Source of the DNA: Bacteroidota bacterium | GTDB taxonomy: Bacteria; Bacteroidota; Bacteroidia; Bacteroidales; VadinHA17 | Assembly (NCBI GenBank): GCA_011042635.1 | Contig: DQWH01000073.1 | Coordinates: 1-56,630, forward strand | DNA: 56,630 nucleotides | Direction: 5' to 3' | In this document: positions 38,206-45,946 of the stretch, piece after piece | Layout: every line of letters starts with the position of its first letter | Position numbering within the stretch: position 1 is the first letter of the stretch | Notes under the pieces: model-generated | Seen by the model: the letters and a program-made list of their open reading frames with translations, nothing else | What the model was told of the DNA's origin: nothing | The model's database searches: none | Program-made: the position numbers and the translations under genes

Positions 38206-41040
38206 ATGACAAAGATATCAGTAACTCTTACCTTACTTATTCTGATGCTGACAGGTCTTAAGGCACAAACCCAAGGGCAAGGGCATCATATTGACATCAG
38301 CGAACAGAATCTTTCAATAACGGGAATAAGTTACCAGGGAAATCACTACGGGATGACCGCTATACCTCTTATAAGTTTTCGCATAGACAATAAACTGGTT
38401 ATGGGGTCAATGTGTGAAAGAGAAGCAACACAGGATAGTGTTTCTTACATCTGGGACCAAAAATTACGGATAAGCTACGAGCGTTTCACTGAATATGCTC
38501 CTGCAGAGGGTCTCAGAATCTACTTTCTGAATATCAGTCAGGATACGCTCGATATAACCAACGTAGTACCCTTTGGGGAGGAACCCTCCAGAATGTACAT
38601 CACTGGTAAAGGTGAGCATTATCTTTCCAGGACACATCTGTTTCGCCCTGGCTATAATCCGGTAAATGTTATTGTACCCGATAATGCCTGGGAATTAGGA
38701 TTTAGCGAAATTCAGTTCAAGGAAGGCCATAGCCTGGCTGCCTTATGCCGGCGGGAATCTTCTTCTGCTGCGCATCGCCACCGGTTTTCCACTACCCTCT
38801 ATCCCGGCGGGTGGGTTAGTTACCGTTTATGGAGTGAACCCTATACCGGGGCCTGGCAGGAAGGGATACGTAAGATTTTCCAGGAGCGTTATCTATACGA
38901 TGTATTGCCGGGAGCATTTGACAATTCCCTTTTTGAAAGACCCGACCTGCAATGGATCCGTCATACATATGCCAACACTTCCATAATGGCCTGGGACAAT
39001 TATTATTATGACTGTGCTGATGATTCATTCAATCTGCTGGGTTTTGAGGAATACTGCAGGGAGCTGTATGGAGGCAATGATTTCATTGCTCTTTGGCCCA
39101 CCTGGCCAACACTGGGCGTTGACCAGCGCAACCAGTGGGACTTATACCGCAGTTTACCCGGGGGCATGGAAAAAATACGCTCCCTGGCTGAGGGGCTCCA
39201 AAATTCCGGCAGCCGTCTGTTCATATGCTATAATCCCTGGGACCAGAGCACCAGGGATGAGGAACATGCCAGGGGTATGGCCTCCATTATTAAGGCTACA
39301 AAGGCCGACGGGGTGGTCCTGGATACCCGAGGAGAATCAAGTTATGAACTGCAACATGCTGCCGACAGTGTCAGACCCGGCGTAGTAATGTACTCTGAAG
39401 GTATGGCTGTCCCTGAAAACATGCAGGGAATTGTGTCCGGAAGGGTACATAATGCCTTGTATTACTGCCCCATGTTAAACCTGAATAAATTTATCAAGCC
39501 CGAATTTGCAATATTTCGTGTTGCTGAATTGTTTAGGGAACCTATCCGCAGGGAATATAACCTTAGCTTTTTTAACGGGTACGGTACCGAAATGAACTTA
39601 TTTCACCCCGGGAAACCCGACTGGGCAGAAGAGCAATACCTTTACTGGGGCAAGATACTCAGGATACAGCGTGAGAATACCCATAATTTCGTAAGCCGTG
39701 ATTATATACCTCTTATCCCTACACGCAGGGACAGTATTTTTGTGAATTACTGGCCGGGGGAAACAAAAACAATCTACACCATTTACAGCCTTATTCCCGG
39801 GGGGTATAACGACCTGCTGTTCGAAGTCCAGCCCAAGGAAGGGTATCATTTTGTCGACATATGGCACCACACCGAACTGGAACCGGTAAAGGAAGGAGGG
39901 AAATGGTATATTCATGCAAAAACAAATGCATTCAATTCTTTCGAACTGGGTACTAACAATGAAGGTTCCGTTGACTGCATTGCAGGTTTTCCTGCCTTAT
40001 TGAAGGTTAGCCGGGAGGGTGATTTTCTCAGCCTAAGCTGTTCTGAAGGGGACTGTATTAAAATATGGGCAGGAGAACCTTCCTACAACAAGGAACCCCT
40101 GATACTAAACCCGGGAGATCATGAAATCAGGATCCATGAACATTTTGGCCGTTACGAGGGGAAACTGGTTGTTCAGGCTTTCGAAGAGGACATCCTGCTT
40201 GATGAAAGAATACAAACACTGCCAACGGCTGAGGCCCGTTTGATAAGCGAAAAGGTGCAAACATCTCCTGCACGCAGATGCCCAAAGGGAATGGTGCGCA
40301 TCCCGGAAGGGAACTTTACTTTTCACCAGACTCATGGCGACGACTTTATCCCGTATCCAGAGTATCAGGAAGGGAAAACATATAAAATGGGACCTTATTA
40401 TATGGATATTCATCCGGTAACTAATGCAGAATTCCTGGAATTCATCAGGGACAGTGGTTACCAACCCAGTGACTCTAGTCGTTTTCTGGAACATTGGGTA
40501 CAAGGTGCTATCCCTGATGGCCTTGAGGACTATCCGGTAGTATATGTCAGTCTGGAGGATGCCCGGGCTTATGCAAAATGGGCCGGGAAACGGCTGCCCA
40601 CAGAACTGGAATGGCAATATGCAGCGCAGACCGGAGAGCTTAATCCCTGGCCATGGAAACAAAAAGAACCTGTAACAAGAAAAAACACTCCCGTTACCGC
40701 TACATTAACCGTAATGGAAATAGAAGGTATAGACTCCTGCCGTTGTAACCTGGGAACCGGAGTGCCCGATCCTGTGGGGAAATACCCTGAAGGCAGAAAT
40801 CCGTTTGGGCTGGAGGACCTGGTGGGTTCAGTATGGCAGCTTACCAATGATGTGTACCATAACGGTAGTTACCGCTACATTCTTATGAAAGGCGGTAGTT
40901 ATTATAAACCTACTTCCAGCTGGTGGTATGTGCAGGGAGGCCCCAGGGAACTAACATACCGGCAATACTTACTCAGGGTTTCACAGGGTTTTGAGAGAAA
41001 TGCCACCGTGGGCTTCCGATGTGTTAAAGATGCCCGATAG
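38206..41040 (+). CDS. secreted fusion protein: ~650-aa uncharacterised N-terminal region plus C-terminal FGE/SUMF1-fold domain lacking the catalytic Cys pair
   Basis: 944-aa ORF with a signal peptide. The C-terminus has MVRIPEGNFTF...MDIHPVTNAEFLEFI...YPVVYVSLEDARAYAKWAGKRLPTELEWQYAA...NPFGLEDLVGSVWQLTND...MKGGSYY...GFRCVKD. There is no Cys between GGSYY and GFRC. Confidence 0.7.
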   Translation: MTKISVTLTLLILMLTGLKAQTQGQGHHIDISEQNLSITGISYQGNHYGMTAIPLISFRIDNKLVMGSMCEREATQDSVSYIWDQKLRISYERFTEYAPAEGLRIYFLNISQDTLDITNVVPFGEEPSRMYITGKGEHYLSRTHLFRPGYNPVNVIVPDNAWELGFSEIQFKEGHSLAALCRRESSSAAHRHRFSTTLYPGGWVSYRLWSEPYTGAWQEGIRKIFQERYLYDVLPGAFDNSLFERPDLQWIRHTYANTSIMAWDNYYYDCADDSFNLLGFEEYCRELYGGNDFIALWPTWPTLGVDQRNQWDLYRSLPGGMEKIRSLAEGLQNSGSRLFICYNPWDQSTRDEEHARGMASIIKATKADGVVLDTRGESSYELQHAADSVRPGVVMYSEGMAVPENMQGIVSGRVHNALYYCPMLNLNKFIKPEFAIFRVAELFREPIRREYNLSFFNGYGTEMNLFHPGKPDWAEEQYLYWGKILRIQRENTHNFVSRDYIPLIPTRRDSIFVNYWPGETKTIYTIYSLIPGGYNDLLFEVQPKEGYHFVDIWHHTELEPVKEGGKWYIHAKTNAFNSFELGTNNEGSVDCIAGFPALLKVSREGDFLSLSCSEGDCIKIWAGEPSYNKEPLILNPGDHEIRIHEHFGRYEGKLVVQAFEEDILLDERIQTLPTAEARLISEKVQTSPARRCPKGMVRIPEGNFTFHQTHGDDFIPYPEYQEGKTYKMGPYYMDIHPVTNAEFLEFIRDSGYQPSDSSRFLEHWVQGAIPDGLEDYPVVYVSLEDARAYAKWAGKRLPTELEWQYAAQTGELNPWPWKQKEPVTRKNTPVTATLTVMEIEGIDSCRCNLGTGVPDPVGKYPEGRNPFGLEDLVGSVWQLTNDVYHNGSYRYILMKGGSYYKPTSSWWYVQGGPRELTYRQYLLRVSQGFERNATVGFRCVKDAR

Positions 41041-41064
41041 ACTCATCCTTAAAAATATTGTGTA

Positions 41065-44000
41065 ATGAAAAACGCATTCTTGTTGTTATTATGCATACTT
41101 TGTTTTTCGTCCTGTACTAAACATGAGCAGAAACCCGATATCCTGGTCCTTACAGAACAAAAACCCTCTGTCGGAGAAACAGAAGCCATGAAAAAAGCCC
41201 TGTCTCCTGAGTGCAGGTTTATTAAGCTGGTTTCTTTGCAACAACTGAAAGAGGATCCTGATTTACTGAATGCCTATGATATTCTATGGTACCACAGGCA
41301 TGATTCTTCCGATATTTATCCTGAGGAAGAAAGACTCGGGGAACCCGTTTCGAAATGGGTTTCAGAAGGTGGAAAACTGGTGCTGAGCCTTGACGCTGTA
41401 AGGTTACTCAATGCCTGGGCAATTGAACCCAGCCCCATTGAACCCAGTACCTTTATGGTTGTTGACCAGGGTTTTGGGCGTAAAAGGGGCTTCCATGCCT
41501 ACCATCAGCACCCCTTATTTTCAGGTTTACACGGAGGAGCTTATATATGGAATCCCAATTCAGACCAATATTGCCGCACCCTGGGTTTCCGTAAAGGAGT
41601 TCTCCCTGCAGCAAAGGGGAGTAAGGTTATTGGTATCGACTGGGCGTATATCACATATCACGAGGATGACAAATTGGTATGGCAAACACCTGTTGGAAAA
41701 GGGACTGTCCTGGCTATTGGTGGTTACATGCATTTTGCCGATGATAACCGGAACCAGCCACATCTGGAACGGTTCACACAAAACTGTATTTCTTACCTTG
41801 TATCCGGTGATTCGGAAGAGGAAGGATGCTACTGGGACTATTCGCCCCTGGAAATATGCAACGACCTTAAACTCCCTGAAGGGGAAAAACCGCCTGTGGC
41901 TACCCTTTGGCAATGGCCTGAAGCCTCATTATCCATTGGCCATACTTGTCCGGAAGGAAGGGTACCATACGATTTATCAGGGAACCAGCTTACCTTAATG
42001 GGAAACGAAAGTGGTGGCATTGAAGAGTTCTGGAGTCATCCGTTTATGGCTTTCAGGGATATCCACACCGCTGTAATCATGCCTGAGGGAGAGTCACCGG
42101 TATGGCTGAACCAGTGTAAGCCGGAGGTTAAAAAGAGTCCGGGACGTATGATGCGAACTTATACTATTAAGGATTTGCAGCTGCAGGAAATAATTGTTGT
42201 TGATTATAAATCTGCATCAGCAGTGGTTCATTATCAATGGTCGTCCGGCAATGATTTCAAACTTCAGGTCACTTCGGCCAGTAATTTACGTCAGATGTGG
42301 CCGTATTCACAGCGGTCAACCGGGAGCCTTCATTATGCCTGGTCGGGATCAATGCAGGCAATGGCTGTTGTAAACACCGACAAAAGGTATGCCTCTTTCA
42401 TAGGATTTTCGCAAAAGCCCGCTTCGCATACCGAGGGGCAGTATCTAAAACCTGAACCCGGTAAATACACCAGCCGGCTGAAACCTTCCGCAGACCATCT
42501 TGTCAGAGGCCTTTGGGAGTTCCCTTGCCCCAAGGAGGGAGCACTGGATATTTACCTGGTCACAGGTATGTCTGGGCCCGAAAAACTGATAAGCGATTAT
42601 GAAAGACTGACAGAAAACCCGGAATCACTGCTTGATGCATGTGAAGCAAATTACAGGCAGGAACGTGCTCTGCAGCCTGAGATAATAAGCCCCGACACCT
42701 TGTTTAACGAAGGGTTCCGCTGGGCGCAGACATCCGACCACGAATTCTTTATAAAAACAGAAGGCATTGGCCTTTCTTTAATGGCAGGTTATGCAACCTC
42801 CAACCATGGCTGGGACGGGAACCAGAAGATTAGTGGCCGGCCGGGGTACGGATGGTATTTCGGCCGAGACGCTGCCTGGAGCGGCATGGCACTGCTCAGG
42901 GATGGTAACTATGAAAAAGTACGTGACATCCTTTTAACAATGGGAAAATACCAGGATATTACCGGTAAAATATACCACGAATTAACTACAACAGGATCTG
43001 TCCATTATGATGCTTCAGATGCGACTCCCCTGTATGTTGTCCTGGCAGGTTTATACCTGGAAACCACCGGTGATATGGAATTTATCACGAGCCAGTGGCC
43101 CCATATCAGGAAAGCCATGGATTTCTGTTACAGTACCGATACCGATGATGACGGGCTCATTGAAAATACAATGGTTGGCCACGGATGGATTGAAGGTGGA
43201 GCACTCCTGGGGGCCAAAACTTCGTTTTACCTGGCAGCTCTATGGACAGAGTGCCTGTATCAGGCCTCATTCCTGGCAAATGCAACAGGGAATAAGGAAC
43301 TTTCACGCAAATACGGGACCGATGCCGCGAGGGTTCAGGCCATCCTTAACCGGGACTACTGGAGCGAAGAGTACAACTACTTTTATTTCGGAAAGTTCCC
43401 CGACAACACCTACCGGAGTGTAAAGACAGTATTCCCTGCCATCCCGGTATTCTGGGGCCTTCTTGATGAGGACAAAGCAGGGATAGTGGCCGCCTTATTA
43501 TCTTCGAATGAATTCACAACTGAATGGGGAGTACGGATCCTGTCAAGCAAAAACCCGCTGTTTAACCCATCCGGCTATCATTACGGAAGCATTTACCCGC
43601 TCTTCACGGGCTGGTCTTCTCTGGCACAATACAAAACTGGAAGACCTGTCCAGGGTTTCAGCCAGTTGTACGGAAGCCTGCAAAACTACATGCACTGGAA
43701 TATGGGACATATAGAAGAAGTATTACACGGGCAGAACTATGTCCCTTCAGGGGTATGTTCACACCAGTGCTGGTCGGAATCAATGGTTGTACTACCGGTC
43801 CTGGAGGGTATGATGGGCTTAAGGGCAAACCCGGCACAAAATAGTCTTCAGTTAAGCCCGGCAATACCCTTCAACTGGGACAGCCTTAAGGTAAATAACA
43901 TACGCTTTGGAAACGAACGTATAAATTATTCATTTCACCGGGCAAACGGAAAAATTCACATCCGTATGTCCACCACCTCCGGTCGGGAGGTGTTCATAAA

Positions 44001-44451
44001 TTATAGGCATTACCTGCCGGCGGGTACAAGCGTTGAGTCGGTAATGCTTAACAACAAACCTTTTGACTGGGAATTGGCAGAGGGAGACCCTTATCCCCTG
44101 TTCTGCACCAGGATACCCTTGAATCCCAATGGTATTACAGAGCTTGTAATAGGATATGACGGCGGCATTGGAGCAGTGCCGCCAAAATTCATGGCTGAAA
44201 TATCCAAACCTACCGGACACAGTAGAATTATTTGCGAAAAATTCCAGGAAAATGAGTACACATTGTATACAGAAGGAGAATCAGGCCAGAGCCACTTCTT
44301 CTATTTATATGCAGAAAATAAACCGGATACAGTTATAGGAGCATCCATTAGCTGTTTGGGGAACAAAATGTACCTGTTGCAGGCCCAATATCCTGAGGAC
44401 GTACCTTCTGAGAACATACAGACGAAGAAGATCGTACTTAAAACACGATGA
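41065..44451 (+). CDS. large lipoprotein with C-terminal GDE_C-like (amylo-alpha-1,6-glucosidase type) six-hairpin domain
   Basis: 1128-aa ORF with a lipobox (FSSCT). It has GWYFGRDAAWSGMALL, HYDASDATPLYVVLAGLYLETTGDMEFI and DDDGLIEN..VGHGWIEGG. The N-terminal ~550 aa is unassigned; its first ~200 aa has a possibly GATase/ThuA-like flavour. Confidence 0.55.
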   Translation: MKNAFLLLLCILCFSSCTKHEQKPDILVLTEQKPSVGETEAMKKALSPECRFIKLVSLQQLKEDPDLLNAYDILWYHRHDSSDIYPEEERLGEPVSKWVSEGGKLVLSLDAVRLLNAWAIEPSPIEPSTFMVVDQGFGRKRGFHAYHQHPLFSGLHGGAYIWNPNSDQYCRTLGFRKGVLPAAKGSKVIGIDWAYITYHEDDKLVWQTPVGKGTVLAIGGYMHFADDNRNQPHLERFTQNCISYLVSGDSEEEGCYWDYSPLEICNDLKLPEGEKPPVATLWQWPEASLSIGHTCPEGRVPYDLSGNQLTLMGNESGGIEEFWSHPFMAFRDIHTAVIMPEGESPVWLNQCKPEVKKSPGRMMRTYTIKDLQLQEIIVVDYKSASAVVHYQWSSGNDFKLQVTSASNLRQMWPYSQRSTGSLHYAWSGSMQAMAVVNTDKRYASFIGFSQKPASHTEGQYLKPEPGKYTSRLKPSADHLVRGLWEFPCPKEGALDIYLVTGMSGPEKLISDYERLTENPESLLDACEANYRQERALQPEIISPDTLFNEGFRWAQTSDHEFFIKTEGIGLSLMAGYATSNHGWDGNQKISGRPGYGWYFGRDAAWSGMALLRDGNYEKVRDILLTMGKYQDITGKIYHELTTTGSVHYDASDATPLYVVLAGLYLETTGDMEFITSQWPHIRKAMDFCYSTDTDDDGLIENTMVGHGWIEGGALLGAKTSFYLAALWTECLYQASFLANATGNKELSRKYGTDAARVQAILNRDYWSEEYNYFYFGKFPDNTYRSVKTVFPAIPVFWGLLDEDKAGIVAALLSSNEFTTEWGVRILSSKNPLFNPSGYHYGSIYPLFTGWSSLAQYKTGRPVQGFSQLYGSLQNYMHWNMGHIEEVLHGQNYVPSGVCSHQCWSESMVVLPVLEGMMGLRANPAQNSLQLSPAIPFNWDSLKVNNIRFGNERINYSFHRANGKIHIRMSTTSGREVFINYRHYLPAGTSVESVMLNNKPFDWELAEGDPYPLFCTRIPLNPNGITELVIGYDGGIGAVPPKFMAEISKPTGHSRIICEKFQENEYTLYTEGESGQSHFFYLYAENKPDTVIGASISCLGNKMYLLQAQYPEDVPSENIQTKKIVLKTR

Positions 44452-44509
44452 ATTGAGATCTAAAAATAAAGCACTGAAATTTAACTCCTTATTGGTTAAA
44501 AAGAGAATA

Positions 44510-44551
44510 GGTTTAGTTTAGGTTTGGTTTGGTTAGGTTAGGTTAGGTTGG
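44510..44551. repeat. Degenerate tandem penta/hexanucleotide repeat (GGTTW)n, 8 units
   Basis: GGTTTA GTTTA GGTTT GGTTT GGTTA GGTTA GGTTA GGTTG, read directly from the sequence. Confidence 0.9.
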
Positions 44552-44574
44552 AGAGGGCCCCCGGGGGGGATCAT

Positions 44575-44606
44575 GAAAGGAAAACGCAAAATTGTGTTTT
44601 CCTTTC
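44575..44606. other. Perfect 11-bp hairpin (GAAAGGAAAAC / GTTTTCCTTTC, 10-nt loop)
   Basis: Read directly. It lies 124 nt after the last PUL gene, in the junk sequence that replaces the 3' end of IS3 orfB. It is a possible terminator (followed by TTCGTTTG). Confidence 0.5.
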
Positions 44607-44622
44607 TTCGTTTGTAAACTGT

Positions 44623-45336
44623 ATCCCAGCAGTTCCCTTTCCGGCTCATGCTGCGTTTAACCAGTACATATCCCTCAAGAAGGGTCCTGAATTCATTACA
44701 GGCATACTGTGCCCCCCGATCTGAATGAAAGACCAGATCCCGAACAATCGGGCGGTTGTTAACAGACATGAACCAAGCTGGAATCACCGTATTCACAGCC
44801 TTCAATGACCGGCTTATGGACCATCCAACGACTTTCCGGTCCCAGAGGTCAATGATCACTGTAAGATACAGCCAGCCCTGATAAGTTCTTATATAGTTCA
44901 GATCTGAAACCCAAACCTGCCCGGGGCCGGTTACCATGAAATTGCGATTGAGCAAATTGCCAACAACCGGATAGTTGTGCTTGGAATCAGTGCTCACAAC
45001 GAACTTCTTCCTGACAACACTTCTAAGACCCTCTTTCCTCATAATGGCCGCAACCCGGTTTTTCGAGACCCGGAACCCCAGTTTCTTCAACCTCGTGGCG
45101 ATCCGGGGACTACCATAAGTCTTTTTACTCTTGAAAAAGATTTCTCGGATCATACGGGTATGCCGCTCGTTTTCCAATCCCCTTTTACCCGGTTTATGGT
45201 TTAACCAACTTTAATATGCACTTCTGCTTACTTTCAGCATTTTACACATCTTCTCAATGGGAAATATTGTGCAATGATCCTTCATGAATTGGAATATTTG
45301 CCATCGCTCCTGGAGAAAATGCTCACCGCTTTTTTT
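44623..45336 (-). pseudogene. IS3-family transposase OrfB, with a nonsense codon and 3' truncation
   Basis: The -1 frame after the A7G site reads ..[28 protein letters not shown].. (TAA at 45211-45213). It continues ..YGSPRIATRLKK...VWVSDLNYIRT...FHSDRGAQYACNEF...MSRKGNCWD and then turns to unrelated sequence. Confidence 0.8.
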
Positions 45337-45593
45337 AATATATCCCTCTCCATCTGAGTGTCACGAAGCTCTTTCTTCAACTTGGCTATCTCTTTCTGTT
45401 CTTCTGTTTGCTTTGGGTTGCCATGGCCAGGGAAAGCCCCTCCCCGGACTTGTTGGGCCTCTCTTCTCCACCTATACAAAAGATCTGGCTTAATATCCAA
45501 CTCCTCAGCCAATTTGCAGATATCTTCTCGATGACGACTAAGTTCAACAGCCATCTTTTTAAATTCTTGATCGTACTTTCTTCTTGTTTTCAT
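45282..45593 (-). CDS. IS3-family transposase OrfA (HTH)
   Basis: 103-aa [22 protein letters not shown]...LLYRWRRE...[18 protein letters not shown]. This is a classic OrfA with a leucine-zipper-like tail. Confidence 0.85.
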   Translation of the reverse strand: MKTRRKYDQEFKKMAVELSRHREDICKLAEELDIKPDLLYRWRREAQQVRGGAFPGHGNPKQTEEQKEIAKLKKELRDTQMERDILKKAVSIFSRSDGKYSNS

Positions 45594-45686
45594 AGGACCA
45601 AAAGTTAAGATTTATTTGCTTAACTCTCTGTCCGGTTTTTTAGGGCAATATCACCTTATGAAAGCAAGCTTTCAACGGACAGTAGT

Positions 45687-45721
45687 AAAAAATCCCCGGC
45701 CACTACGTGGCGGGGATTTTT
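45687..45721 (-). terminator. Rho-independent terminator of tRNA-Cys
   Basis: On the minus strand, AATCCCCGCCAC-GTA-GTGGCCGGGGATT (one bulge) is followed by a T-run, immediately 3' of the tRNA. Confidence 0.7.
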
Positions 45722-45725
45722 GCGG

Positions 45726-45796
45726 AGGTCGGTAGCGGATTCGAACCGCTGTAACTGGTTTTGCAGACCAGCGCCTAACCACTCGGCAAACCGACC
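45726..45796 (-). tRNA. tRNA-Cys (anticodon GCA)
   Basis: I folded it by hand. The sequence is GGTCGGTTTGCCGAGTGGTTAGGCGCTGGTCTGCAAAACCAGTTACAGCGGTTCGAATCCGCTACCGACCT. The acceptor stem is 7 bp, the anticodon stem is CTGGT/ACCAG with loop CTGCAAA, and the T-arm is AGCGG-TTCGAAT-CCGCT. No CCA is encoded. Confidence 0.9.
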
Positions 45797-45946
45797 TTAT
45801 CAAATGCAAATTAACGAAAATTTGTTGATTTTTACCAGAACAAACTGGAATGTGCATTTGAAATTATTTGGAATCCACCGGAAAGGGATTTCTGAAAACG
45901 GCAGAACACCAGCCTGTACTCGTTTACAGAGTTGTTTTCCGGGTTG

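Larger units (their letters stand above)
44623..45653 (-). mobile_element. IS3-family insertion sequence, 3'-truncated and inactivated
   Basis: The terminus on the element strand is TGATATTGCCC...GGACAGAGAGTTAAGC (45653 downward), followed by orfA, an A7G slippery site and an orfB with the DDE region. Homology stops right after ..MSRKGNCWD, at about 44623. Confidence 0.8.

Noticed and set aside
38206-41040. Annotating the FGE-domain protein as a sulfatase-maturating enzyme.
   Set aside because: The segment that should hold the catalytic Cys pair has no Cys, the protein is a secreted fusion, and no sulfatase gene is nearby.
44510-44551. Interpreting the TTAGG-type repeat as a telomere or linear-replicon end.
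   Set aside because: It is only about 8 degenerate units, embedded between ordinary genes in a contiguous bacterial locus. It is far more likely filler or slippage DNA at a rearrangement junction.
45654-45796. Classical tRNA-targeted integration of the island (att repeat of the tRNA-Cys 3' end at the far boundary).
   Set aside because: The tRNA is followed by its own intact terminator before the IS starts. I found no copy of the tRNA 3' segment (GGATTCGAACCGCT...) in 24.6-25.6 kb. Proximity to the tRNA is noted but att-type integration is not supported.
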